A program made the position numbers and the translations under genes. The notes under the pieces are model-generated. The model was not told the origin of the DNA and made no database searches. It saw only the letters and a list, made by a program, of their open reading frames with translations. A stretch of 64,000 bases of DNA from Chloroflexota bacterium (lineage in GTDB: Bacteria; Chloroflexota; Dehalococcoidia; UBA2979), in the NCBI GenBank assembly GCA_027593235.1, contig JAQCIU010000011.1:1-64000 (forward strand), read 5' to 3'. Shown one piece after another: positions 39,985 through 49,630 of this stretch (positions are counted from its first letter, which is position 1; each line of letters starts with the position of its first letter).

Positions 39985-41064
39985 ATGTTGATGGACTACC
40001 AGTTCGCCTCATACGAACCGCGCTTTCGCGCGCAGCTGATCGATCTCTACGCGGAAGTGTTCAACGAGAGCCGTGAAACCAGCGCGGCGTACTTTCGCTG
40101 GAAGTACGAGGCGAATCCATACATCGCGGAACCGCTGTTCACGGTCGCGCTTCAGGGCGAGCGGGTGATCGGCATGCGCGGCTATTTCGGCGGATGCTGG
40201 TCCGCGGGCGCGGCTTCCGTGCTGGTTCCTGTCAGTGGGGACACGGCGATCGATCCGGCGCATCGTGGCCGCTGGCTGTTCGACCGGATGATGCGCTTCG
40301 CGCTCACCGATCTGAGCGAGCGCGGTTATCCGTACATCTTCAACTTCAGCGGCAACGAGGCGGTGCGACTGCTCTCGCTGAGGTCTGGTTGGCGCCAGCT
40401 CGCGACGTACGATCCTTGGGAACGGCGCGCGATTACCCGTGGCCCGCAGGCCTGGGTCGCGCGCACGCGGCGGTATGTGCGGCGACGGCTTGGCGGTCGC
40501 TCGCCGGGTCTCGCCGCGCTCGGTCACGTGCCGGCGTCGGCGCTGGGCGGCGCGCGGGTCGCGTCGGCTCCACAGCCTGCGGCGATGGCGGAGCTGGTCG
40601 CGCGCAACCGCGGGGAGCGGCTCGGTCACGTCCGCGACGAGGCGTTCTACGAATGGCGGTTCCGCGATCCGCGTTACCGCTATCGCTTCCTCACGCTCGA
40701 GGGTGAGGCGGGCCTCGCGGGCTTCTTCGTGCTGCAACAGCAGCGCAGCGGGGGCTGGGTGAACGTCGTCGATTGGTGCGCCGAAAACGTCGATGCGTGG
40801 TCGACGCTGCTGCGCGCCTCACTGGCATCGCGACTGTCCGATATCCAGATCTGGTCGGCGAACCTTCCCGAGGAGTACCGCGACGAGCTGCAACGGGCGG
40901 GGTTCGGCCCGCGCGAGGACGCGCCGGCCGATGCCGCAACGCACCCGGGGATGCTGATCACGCACACCGAGCACGCGCCTGCGGAGCACTGGGAAATCGA
41001 GGGCGCACCGCTCCTCGATGCCGATCGGTGGGATCTGCGGATGGCCTATTCGGACGGTTACTAG
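39985..41064 (+). CDS. Double-GNAT-like protein (divergent relative of the paralog family)
   Basis: YFRWKYEANP, DTAIDPAHRGR, RDEAFYEWRF.DP, C-terminal SD motif. Confidence 0.7.
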   Translation: MLMDYQFASYEPRFRAQLIDLYAEVFNESRETSAAYFRWKYEANPYIAEPLFTVALQGERVIGMRGYFGGCWSAGAASVLVPVSGDTAIDPAHRGRWLFDRMMRFALTDLSERGYPYIFNFSGNEAVRLLSLRSGWRQLATYDPWERRAITRGPQAWVARTRRYVRRRLGGRSPGLAALGHVPASALGGARVASAPQPAAMAELVARNRGERLGHVRDEAFYEWRFRDPRYRYRFLTLEGEAGLAGFFVLQQQRSGGWVNVVDWCAENVDAWSTLLRASLASRLSDIQIWSANLPEEYRDELQRAGFGPREDAPADAATHPGMLITHTEHAPAEHWEIEGAPLLDADRWDLRMAYSDGY

Positions 41065-41228
41065 CGTCACGCCTCGCTGATCGCGGGCTCCTGGGCCACC
41101 GCGCGCCTTCGTCAGCGTCTACAGTGGGAGGGGTCCGCAGGAACGCTCGGAGACGGTCTCCCCTCCCGTCTCCGCTGACGCGGTTTGTGGCTCGCGAGCA
41201 TCCGACGTTCAGCCCAGAGGGGTGACCT

Positions 41229-42251
41229 ATCACGACAGCGACGCAGTCACGAACCGAGGATCGACCCTCCGTTTCGGACTACAGCGACCTCAAGCGGATC
41301 CTGACAGCGGCAGGCCTGCGCGAGGCGCAACCGTGGTTCTACGTCGGCAAGGCGCTCTTCAACGCCGCAGCACTCGCCAGTGTGATCGCGCTCGCGCTGT
41401 GGTCCCCGCATCCCGCGGTACTGGTCGCTAGCGCCGTGTTGTACGGGTTCATGCTGACCCAGATCGGGTTGCTTGGGCACGACGTCGCCCACCGCCAGGT
41501 CTTTCGACGAGGACGCTGGGTGGCCGTCGCGGGCTGGACACTCGGAAACCTGCTGATGGGCATCAGCTACACGTGGTGGACGCGCAAGCACAATCAGCAC
41601 CACGCGAATCCGAACCACATCGACGATGATCCCGACGTGCGATACGCGATGCTGGCCTTCTTCCCGGAGCAGATCTCCCAGAAGGCCCGATGGGCGCGGC
41701 CGATCATCGCGATCCAGGCGTACCTGTTGCCGTTCCTCGCGATGTTCGCGTGGGTGACCCTGCGGACGCCGAGCATCCAATTGATCTTTCGTGGGGACAT
41801 GCCGCGTCGGATTCCGCAGGCGATCGGTCTGACGCTGTACTGGACACTCTTTGGCGTGCTGCTCTGGCAGCTCGGGAGTTGGCCCGCCGCGTTGACGTTC
41901 CTCTTCGTGAGTCAGGCGACGTTCGGCATGTACAACGTCTCGGTCTTCGCCCCGAATCACAAGGGGATGATGATGCTGTCGGACGATGAGCCGCTCGACT
42001 TCCTGCGGACACAGGTGCTGACCGCTCGCAACGTCCGCGGCAGCCGCTTCGTCGACTTCTGGTACGGCGGCCTCAACTACCAGGTGGAGCATCACCTCTT
42101 CCCGACGATGCCGCGCAACAGGCTCCGTGCCGCCCAGCCGTTGGTCGAAGCGTTCTGCGCCGAACGCGGAGTGCCCTACTACGAGACGACGCTCTCTCGC
42201 TCCTACGTGGAGATCTTCCGTCACCTGAAGCGCACGAGCGCGACGGTCTAG
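41229..42251 (+). CDS. Fatty acid (acyl-CoA) desaturase, front-end type
   Basis: His boxes HDVAH, HNQHH, QVEHH. Frame is open back to TGA 41223; start placed at ATC 41229 after GAGGGGTGA. Confidence 0.88.
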   Translation: MTTATQSRTEDRPSVSDYSDLKRILTAAGLREAQPWFYVGKALFNAAALASVIALALWSPHPAVLVASAVLYGFMLTQIGLLGHDVAHRQVFRRGRWVAVAGWTLGNLLMGISYTWWTRKHNQHHANPNHIDDDPDVRYAMLAFFPEQISQKARWARPIIAIQAYLLPFLAMFAWVTLRTPSIQLIFRGDMPRRIPQAIGLTLYWTLFGVLLWQLGSWPAALTFLFVSQATFGMYNVSVFAPNHKGMMMLSDDEPLDFLRTQVLTARNVRGSRFVDFWYGGLNYQVEHHLFPTMPRNRLRAAQPLVEAFCAERGVPYYETTLSRSYVEIFRHLKRTSATV

Positions 42252-42294
42252 CACCACAGGTGTTCAGCCCCGCTCGATGGAGCGGGCTGGACGC

Positions 42295-43176
42295 CTAAGC
42301 GAGCACCAGCAACGTCACACCGCCGGTGACCACCGCCGCCGCGACGTATTCGTCCCAGCGGTGCGATTCGCGGTGGATCACAATCCCGAGGGCGAAGGCA
42401 AACACGATCTCGATCTGGCCAAGCGTGCGGACACGCGCGGCGTTCTCGAGGGTCATCGCGAGCGCCCATCCGGCGGAGCCTGCGAGCGACAGCACGCCGA
42501 CACCGATCGCCTGCCGCCACGCGCGCCGCACCGCGGTCAGTGACGCGGTGCGGGAACGGGCGATCGCCACGCCCTGCACCAACGCTTGCACCGTGAGCAT
42601 CACCGCCAGCGTGATCATCGCGCGGTCGACGGCGGTCCCGTCCAGGCTCGAGGAGGCGCGGCGGATGAAGACCGCTGTCACGCCAAACCCGAGCGCCGCG
42701 ACGATCCCGTAGCGTGCCGCCGGGTCCAGACCGCCGGCGAGACGCTCACGCAGCGAGCCTTTCGAGGCGAGCCATGCGACGCCGGCGAGGCAGACCAGCG
42801 CGCCCAGCCAGCTCAGCCAACCCAGCGGCTCGCTGAGTACGACCGCCGACGCAATGCCGACGAAGACCACCTCGGTCTTCGAGTAGATCGTGCCGACGGC
42901 GAAGTCACGGAGGCGGAATGACTGGAGGAGCGCCATCGTCGCGACGATTTGCAGCACGCCGGCTGTGACCACGGAGATCCAGAAGCGCGCGGGAAGATCT
43001 GGCAGTTCGCCCGGGCCGGCCATCCAAGCCGCGGTCAGCGCCACCGCCAGTGGGCAGGCGTACGCGAACCGAGCGTAGCCCGCCTCGGCGACGCCGAGCA
43101 CGCTGCGCAGCCGGTGCTGCTCCGAGGTGCGACCGATCTGGAAGACCGTGGCGGCGAGGGTGACGAGGATCCACAT
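42295..43176 (-). CDS. EamA/DMT-family transporter
   Basis: About 10 hydrophobic helices; FAVGTIYSKTE, VRTLGQIE motifs. Confidence 0.85.
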   Translation of the reverse strand: MWILVTLAATVFQIGRTSEQHRLRSVLGVAEAGYARFAYACPLAVALTAAWMAGPGELPDLPARFWISVVTAGVLQIVATMALLQSFRLRDFAVGTIYSKTEVVFVGIASAVVLSEPLGWLSWLGALVCLAGVAWLASKGSLRERLAGGLDPAARYGIVAALGFGVTAVFIRRASSSLDGTAVDRAMITLAVMLTVQALVQGVAIARSRTASLTAVRRAWRQAIGVGVLSLAGSAGWALAMTLENAARVRTLGQIEIVFAFALGIVIHRESHRWDEYVAAAVVTGGVTLLVLA

Positions 43177-43246
43177 GTGCACACTCTCGCACCAGGAACG
43201 GCCATCGAGAAGAGCGCTCCCTCGATGTTTGATATAAGACTGGCTT

Positions 43247-44170
43247 ATGCCACACACGGAATGGATTCGTACCGCACTGGCCGTTGAGCGCGCGGGTTCG
43301 ATCACCGCCGGCGCTCGCGATCGCGGCATCTCGCAACCCGCGGCGAGCCAGCACCTGGCGGGCCTCGAGCGGGCGCTGGGCCTCGAGATCTTCGAGCGCC
43401 ACCGTTCCGGGGTACGTACGACCGAGGCGGGCGCGCGGTTCCTGCGCGAGGTCGGCGGCGCGTTCGACCAGCTCGAGTGGCTCCTCGATGGCCTCGATGC
43501 CGGTCACCTGCAGCGTCCGGAGCCGGCGCTGGTGATCGGCTGTAGCCCGGAGTGGTTCGAGCGCTCGCTGCTGCCACTCCTCGATGGTGCGATCCCACTG
43601 CGCGCTCGATTTGGCAGCGATCAGGAGTTGCTCGACGATCTGCAGAACGGTCGTGTCGACGTGGCGGTGACCGCCCTGCGCGCGGCGCCAAGCCGCGCTC
43701 GCACTACCCCGCTCGCCTCGAAACGCTACGTGCTCGCGGCGGCGGCCGCGTTGGTGCCGGAGCCACCGCGCACCCTCGAGGAGCTGGCGAACTGGGTCCG
43801 CGCCACGCCGTGGGTCGGCTACAGCGAGGAGTTGCCGGTCACCCGGCGGTTCTGGCAGGACCTCACCGGATCGTTGCAGCCCACCTCGGTGTGCCTGGTC
43901 GCCCCTGACCTGCGGATCGTGGCCGCTGCCGTCGAACGCGGCCTTGGCGCGAGCCTGCTGCCATCGCACGTCTGCGACGACGCGATCGCGGATGGCCGCA
44001 TCGTCGAGGTGCGCTCGATCGCGGACGTCGTCCCGCCGGAGCCGTGGTTCCTGTCGGTGCGGCCAGGCGGTCAGCCGCACCCGGCGCGCACGGCGCTGGT
44101 CAAGCTGCTGACCGTTGCGTTCGCCGCCACCGCCCCGACCCCCGGATCGCCCGGTGCCGGCGCCCGTTGA
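43247..44170 (+). CDS. LysR-family regulator
   Basis: GSITAGA...ISQPAASQHL..LE..LG..IFER. ATAAG-N5-CTTAT dyad at 43234-43248 overlaps the start. Confidence 0.92.
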   Translation: MPHTEWIRTALAVERAGSITAGARDRGISQPAASQHLAGLERALGLEIFERHRSGVRTTEAGARFLREVGGAFDQLEWLLDGLDAGHLQRPEPALVIGCSPEWFERSLLPLLDGAIPLRARFGSDQELLDDLQNGRVDVAVTALRAAPSRARTTPLASKRYVLAAAAALVPEPPRTLEELANWVRATPWVGYSEELPVTRRFWQDLTGSLQPTSVCLVAPDLRIVAAAVERGLGASLLPSHVCDDAIADGRIVEVRSIADVVPPEPWFLSVRPGGQPHPARTALVKLLTVAFAATAPTPGSPGAGAR

Positions 44171-44237
44171 CGGCCCGCCTGCCCCTGGGCCTGCGGTTCT
44201 TACGCGCGCAGATCACTGCGCGTGATACCAATCGAGA

Positions 44238-44849
44238 ATGACGAACCACACGGTCCCCGGGACCGATCACCGTGACACGCCCGTTGAGGCGCAGGGGCAG
44301 GGTTCTGAGCCTGCGTTCGATCGGCCGATCAAGGGCGTGGCGGTCGCGTTGCCCCCTGTGCGCCGCCGGCTGCAGGTCGTTGCGGCGGTGGCCATCTACG
44401 GGCTGCTCGCGGTGACGCTCGTGTTCGTGACTCCAGGCCTGTTCGGTTTCCACACCTACACCGGGCTGGGCCAATCGATGGGGGAGACGATTCCCAACGG
44501 GTCGCTGGTCGTTGCCCGCACCGTCGCCGCTGATGACGTGGCGCTCGGCGACGTACTCGTCTTCCGCTGGCCCGGCTTCGACCAGCCGATCACGCATCGC
44601 GTGATCGACATCCGCCAGAACGATCGAGACCTGTTGTTCGCGACCAAGGGCGACGGGAACCCGGCAAGCGATCCGTTCCTCGCATCTGGGGATCAGGAGC
44701 TTGGACGGGTGATCCTGACCGTGCCGCGCCTCGGTTCGTGGCTCCCGGCTGTGAAGGCGCTGGTGTACATGGCCGCCTTCGGCGGCGCGTTCTGGCTGTG
44801 GAAGCGGCACCGGTTGCGGAGACGATCCGGAATCGACTCCGCCCGATAG
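44238..44849 (+). CDS. Signal peptidase I, SipW/archaeal (Ser-His) type
   Basis: TM, GQSMG.TIP.GSLV, ITHRV, TKGDGN..D motifs. Confidence 0.85.
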   Translation: MTNHTVPGTDHRDTPVEAQGQGSEPAFDRPIKGVAVALPPVRRRLQVVAAVAIYGLLAVTLVFVTPGLFGFHTYTGLGQSMGETIPNGSLVVARTVAADDVALGDVLVFRWPGFDQPITHRVIDIRQNDRDLLFATKGDGNPASDPFLASGDQELGRVILTVPRLGSWLPAVKALVYMAAFGGAFWLWKRHRLRRRSGIDSAR

Positions 44850-44906
44850 CTCCGTTCTGGGCCGGTCCTGTTCGGTCGCAGGATCGTTTCTCGATGCTGA
44901 GCGCTT

Positions 44907-45752
44907 TCAGGCAAGCGCCTCCTGGCCGTAGTCGCCGTCCGGGTGATCGGTTCGGTCGAGCTTCCAGTAGCCACGGGTGACGATCTGTTCCGGGGCGAGC
45001 ACGCGATCCGCCAAGAGGTGGTGCCTGATGCGCCGCATCGCGCCCGCCTCAGTCGCGACCCAGGCGTAGCTTCGCCCGATCGGTCCCGGGAGTTCTCGGA
45101 TCGCTTCATCGAGCGCCTGCCCCGCCAAGCGAGGGTCGTCGCCGCGGAACCGCCAGTCGATCGTCGCGCCGTCGATTCCGGGGAACGAACGGCGCTCGTC
45201 GTCGTCGACGACCTCGAAGACCGCCGTGCGGGCGGCGCCGGCGGGGAGCGCACGCAGCACCTGTGTCGCCGCCGGGATCGCGGTCTCGTCCGCGGCGATC
45301 AGGTAGTGGTCGCCGTCCTGCGGGACCGCCCAACCACCACGAGGGCCGGCGACGACTATCTCCTCGCCGACCTGGGCGCGGCGAAGCCAGTTGGAGGCCG
45401 CCCCGTCGCCATGGATCAGCAGCTCGATCTCCAGCTCCAGGCGATCCCGATCGAATCGCAGCGGGGTGTAGGTCCGGAGGAATGGCGGTGTGACGCCGTC
45501 GGCGAAGATCGGTCGTCTGCCCTCGTAGCTAAGCGGTTCCGCGGGACGCGTTGCGCCTGGTGGCGGCAGGATCAGCTTCACGTGACCGCCCGGATCCACC
45601 TCCTCGAATCCGGCGAGGGCTTCGCTGCTGAGCAGGAGGCGGGTCACGCGCGGCGTGATCGCATCAAGCGCGGTGATCGTCACCCATCGCCTCGGGGGTG
45701 GTTGCCGCGGCGTCGCCGCCGTCGTTTCCTCGGGTCGTTGTTCGGTCGTCAT
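44907..45752 (-). CDS. Siderophore-interacting protein (ViuB/YqjH-like ferric reductase)
   Basis: HVKL, RTYT, HG.G.AS.W, GPRG, DETAIPA, GYWK motifs. Confidence 0.92.
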   Translation of the reverse strand: MTTEQRPEETTAATPRQPPPRRWVTITALDAITPRVTRLLLSSEALAGFEEVDPGGHVKLILPPPGATRPAEPLSYEGRRPIFADGVTPPFLRTYTPLRFDRDRLELEIELLIHGDGAASNWLRRAQVGEEIVVAGPRGGWAVPQDGDHYLIAADETAIPAATQVLRALPAGAARTAVFEVVDDDERRSFPGIDGATIDWRFRGDDPRLAGQALDEAIRELPGPIGRSYAWVATEAGAMRRIRHHLLADRVLAPEQIVTRGYWKLDRTDHPDGDYGQEALA

Positions 45753-45783
45753 CGCTGGCTCCTCTCGCTCCGCCTGGATTCCG

Positions 45784-46266
45784 CTAGCAGGCCGCGTCAC
45801 CCAGCAGCCCCAGGTGGGTCAACGTTTCGTGGAACACCTCCGGGATCGCCGTTGCGCAGCGGCGGATGGTTGGTGCTGGCAGGTCCAGATCCAGGACGTC
45901 CTCCCGGAGGAAGATCGGCAGGCCGATGTGCTGCGCCGCGAGCAACGCGATGCCGGCCTCGCTTTCGATCTCAACGCCACCGTCCTCATCGAAGAGGCGG
46001 AGCCGAACCGAGAGATGTCGCGCCTCGGGTGTGACGACGACGGCCAGGGATTCGTGGCCCAACAGTTCGGCCAGCCGGGCGACCCAATCAAAGACCCGCA
46101 CCGGCGGCTCGGCGCTGACCGGATTGGTCACGAACCAGGGGACCAGGTCTGTCTGTACACGGAGCCGCACATGCTGCCCGCCGGCGATCTCCTCCAGCAC
46201 CACCCAGGCGTGGCGTTCGCACGGACAGGGCCGCATGCCGTGGATGCGCATCTGTCGAATGGCCAT
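45784..46266 (-). CDS. Hypothetical protein resembling bifunctional nuclease (DUF151) domain
   Basis: MRIHGM...VVLEE..G, later EIES...IALLA....PIFL.EDVL; catalytic Asp not evident. Confidence 0.5.
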   Translation of the reverse strand: MAIRQMRIHGMRPCPCERHAWVVLEEIAGGQHVRLRVQTDLVPWFVTNPVSAEPPVRVFDWVARLAELLGHESLAVVVTPEARHLSVRLRLFDEDGGVEIESEAGIALLAAQHIGLPIFLREDVLDLDLPAPTIRRCATAIPEVFHETLTHLGLLGDAAC

Positions 46267-46480
46267 CGGTAGCTCTTCCTCCCCAGGGCGCGAGCGTGGA
46301 CGGGATCGATCTGGGAACTGGAGTTCCGGCGGATCGATGGATCTCCGTGGCTCGTCACGTCAGTCACTACGAATGAACATTAGTATGCACGAATAAGAAT
46401 CGATCGTGTAAACGATGATAGTAACGACTATGGGGCATCGACGGACGAGCGCACCACTCGCCTGAGCGGCGCGGGATGGC

Positions 46481-47056
46481 CTAGTAACGGGCGGCGAGCG
46501 GCAACGGGCCGAGCGTCATGCCGCCGAGCGCCGTGGTGAGCGTCGCCACCGAGGTCAGGAGGGCGTCCAGTTCGGAGGCGGCCTCGGTGGTGGGGACGCC
46601 CTCGGCGAAGGCGGCGCCGGTGAGATAGAGGTCGGTCGGCGCGGGTAGTGCGCCGAACCACTGCAGCACGTCGCGCAGATGCGAAGCGACGCCGAGGTAG
46701 TGGTGGTAGCTCCCGCCCATCGCGAGGACGCCGACCGGCTTCGACTGGAGCGCATCGACCGGCAAGAGGTCGAGCGCGTTCTTCAGCGCGCCCGTCATCG
46801 AGGCGCGGTAGACGGGGCTCGCGAGGAGCACGCCGTCCGCGGCCCGCACCTGTTCGACCAGGCTTGCGGTGTCGTCGGTTAGCGCCTCGATCGGGGTGCC
46901 GTCGGCGAAGCCGAGTCGGAGCGTGCCGAGATCGAGGAACGACCAGCTCCCGCCAGCCTGGTTCGCGCGATCGACGGCATCGCCGAGGACCCGGTGCATC
47001 CGGCCGGGCGGCGTGACGGAGCCAAGCAGGGCGAGCAGGCGCGGGGCATCGGACAT
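46481..47056 (-). CDS. NADPH-dependent FMN reductase (SsuE/MsuE-like)
   Basis: LGS, ASPVYRASMTGALKNALD, GGSYHH motifs. Confidence 0.9.
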   Translation of the reverse strand: MSDAPRLLALLGSVTPPGRMHRVLGDAVDRANQAGGSWSFLDLGTLRLGFADGTPIEALTDDTASLVEQVRAADGVLLASPVYRASMTGALKNALDLLPVDALQSKPVGVLAMGGSYHHYLGVASHLRDVLQWFGALPAPTDLYLTGAAFAEGVPTTEAASELDALLTSVATLTTALGGMTLGPLPLAARY

Positions 47057-47130
47057 GGCAGGCTCCTCGGACGCGGGCGGGACGAGTGCGGCGGCAGGCC
47101 GGCTTCGCCGGTTAGCCTACTCGCCGCCGA

Positions 47131-48321
47131 CTACTCCAGACCGAGGGCGAACTTGCCCGCGGCGATCAGGATGCTGTCGTCCTGTGGCGTGTGGATGCGG
47201 CTACAGAGTGCGTCGCGCAGGTGGCGTTCCAGCGGCTGGCGCCGCGTTAGCCCGGGGTTGCCGCCCAGGTCGGCGGCGATCTGCGCGACCTGCACGTCAT
47301 TGTTCGTTGTCGTGTATTTCACGAGCTGAGCCTGGCGACCGGTGCCAGCGTTGGGACCGTCGCGATCGATCCGCGCGGCGAGGCCGTAGAGGATTTGCTC
47401 GTTCTGGTAGAGCAGCGCCTCAATGCGGCCGATGTCGGTCTGGAAGCGAGGCAGCGTCGCGAGCGCCCGTCCGAGGTTGGTCGGGACGCGTTCCTGCGCG
47501 AAACGTACCGCCCAGTCGCGCGCGGCGTGGGCGACGCCGGTGTAGACCGCGCTGATCGCCAGTGAGTTCCAGTAGGCGACGCGTGGATCGCGTGGGATCC
47601 ACTCCTCCGGCAGCCGCACGTCCACCGCGTAGGCGTCCGCGATCTCTGCGCCCTCGAGGATCAGGTCGTCGCTGCCCGTTGCGCGCATACCGAGGTGGTC
47701 CCAGGTCCGCTCGATGCGGGTACCCGGCGTGCCGGCGGGGACCGCGAAGGTGCCGACGCGGGCCGGCTCCTCGTCCGTCTTCGCCCACAGCAGGTAGTAG
47801 CCGAGGGCGGGCGAGCCCGTGACATAGATCTTGTGACCGTCGAGGCGCCAGCCGTTCGCGGTCTTCGTTGCGGTGGTTGCCGGGAGGCCGCCCCGTGCCG
47901 GCGTGCCCAGTTCCGGCTCGACGCGGATCGCGTTGATCAGCGAGACACCCTCGATCGAGGCGCGCACGACCTCCTCGTAGACCGCGCGAGGCCAACGGGA
48001 GTCGGGGATATCGAGGGCGGCGTGGAAGGTGTACTGCATCGCCAGCACGAGACCGGTCGAGGCGTCACCGCCAGCGACCGCCTGGAGGACGCGCAACGGC
48101 GTTTCGAGGCCGAGTCCCTCGCCACCGAGGGCGCGCGGGACCGTGAGGTTGAGCAGGCCGGCCGCGTGCAGGTCCGCGAAGTTCTGGTGCGGGAAGGTCG
48201 CGTCGCGATCGTGCTCCGCGGCGCGCTCGGCGAAGACCGGGCGGAGCGCCTCGGCGGCCTCGAGGATCTAGGCTTCGGTGCGGCTCGGGCGGGTGGCGGC
48301 CTCGAGAGTCTCGACGGTCAT
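47131..48321 (-). CDS. Acyl-CoA dehydrogenase-fold flavin monooxygenase (SfnB/DszC/MsuC-like), with in-frame TAG at 48268-48270
   Basis: GAGGA RBS and ATG 48321; RAAEHDRDATFP, EPELG.PARGG, GHK, WDHLGMRATGS, LERHLRD. TAG is codon 18. Confidence 0.85.
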
Positions 48322-48359
48322 GGGGGGTTCCTCGCGGGATTCGGCTGAGCCGTCGTTGG

Positions 48360-49553
48360 TTAGCCGGTCACGGCCGGTGCGGGCGCCGCCGCCGTCGCTA
48401 TCGTCGCTGGCGCCGGGGTCGCGGCGTCCGGTGCCTGAGCGGCCCGCTTCGCCGCTTCCGTGGCGGCGCGGTCGGCCTCGTTCTGGGCGCGCATGTCGCG
48501 GATGCGCACTTCCTCGCGAACGATCGGCAGCAGATCGCGGCCGTAATCGATCGCGTCCTGCACCGGGTCATAGCCGCGGATCAGCAGCGTGCCGCAGCCG
48601 GCCTCGTAGTACTGGAGCAGCGTTTCGGCGACCTGATCGGGGGTGCCGACCAGCGCGGTGCTGTTTCCTCGGGCGCCGGTCATCTCCGCGATCGCGGTGT
48701 ACAGACGGTCGTCGACGACCGCGCCGCGCTTCGCGTTATCCAGCAGCCGCTGCGAGCCGACGCTCGGCGCGGCGGGCGCCGGTACGTCGCCGCGCAGGAT
48801 CTTCACGCGCTCCAGGATCTGGCGCGCACGCTCCCACGCCTGCGCCTCGGTGGTCCCGAGGATCGGGCGGAACGAGACGGACACCGCGGGACGGCGGTTG
48901 TAGGCGGCGGCACGCTGGTTCAGATCGGCGATCTGTGACTTCACGTCAGCCAGTGATTCGCCCCAGGTCGCCCACACGTCCGCGTGCTTTGCCGCGACCT
49001 CGAGCGCCTCGTTGGACGAGCCGCCGAAGTACACGGGGATGTGCGGCTGTTGCAGCGACTTGATCTCGGAGAACGCCTGCGTCACGCGATAGAAGCGTCC
49101 CTCGTAGTCGAATGGCGTGGTGCTGACCCAGTCCTGACGGGCGATGTCCAGGAACTCGCTGGTGCGCGCGTAGCGGTCGGTTTTGTCCAGGTAGTCGCCG
49201 TCCCGCTGCTGATCGATGTCGCTGCTGCCGGTGATGATATGGATCGCGAGGCGTCCGCCGCTGATCACGTCGAGCGTGGCGGCCTTCCTCGCGGCGACCG
49301 TGGGGGAGATGAAGCCCGGCCGGTGTGCGAGCAGGAACCCGAGTCGCTCCGTGCGCGCCGCGGCGTGCGAGGCGACCGCCCAGCCGTCCGGCGCCCCGGC
49401 GAAGTAGCCAATCAGGATGCGATCGAACTCGCCCTGCTCGTGCACGTCGATGAAGCGGTTGAGGTGCGGCATGTCGAGGGCGGGCCCACCGACCGGTCCG
49501 GTGACCTCCGACTGCGCGCGGTTCGAAACCATGCCGATGAACTCGACGGGCAT
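48360..49553 (-). CDS. LLM-class flavin monooxygenase (SsuD/MsuD-like)
   Basis: LLAHRPGF, ATLD..SGGR, YFGGSS, WGE, ALVGTP.QV motifs. Confidence 0.9.
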   Translation of the reverse strand: MPVEFIGMVSNRAQSEVTGPVGGPALDMPHLNRFIDVHEQGEFDRILIGYFAGAPDGWAVASHAAARTERLGFLLAHRPGFISPTVAARKAATLDVISGGRLAIHIITGSSDIDQQRDGDYLDKTDRYARTSEFLDIARQDWVSTTPFDYEGRFYRVTQAFSEIKSLQQPHIPVYFGGSSNEALEVAAKHADVWATWGESLADVKSQIADLNQRAAAYNRRPAVSVSFRPILGTTEAQAWERARQILERVKILRGDVPAPAAPSVGSQRLLDNAKRGAVVDDRLYTAIAEMTGARGNSTALVGTPDQVAETLLQYYEAGCGTLLIRGYDPVQDAIDYGRDLLPIVREEVRIRDMRAQNEADRAATEAAKRAAQAPDAATPAPATIATAAAPAPAVTG

Positions 49554-49630
49554 GCGCGGCTTCGTTCGTGGGTGATGAGCTGACCGCGCTGCGCGAGCGG
49601 GCGCCCGGGCGACGGAGAGCTATTGTCTAA

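Noticed and set aside
41222-41431. Frameshift at the 5' end of the desaturase
   Set aside because: The desaturase frame is open from 41226, so a non-canonical start explains it more simply; a frameshift from GTG 41222 cannot be fully excluded.
33881-48270. Genome-wide TAG reassignment
   Set aside because: TAG terminates many genes at their expected C-termini (for example nrdJ, icd, pepP, the EEP protein).
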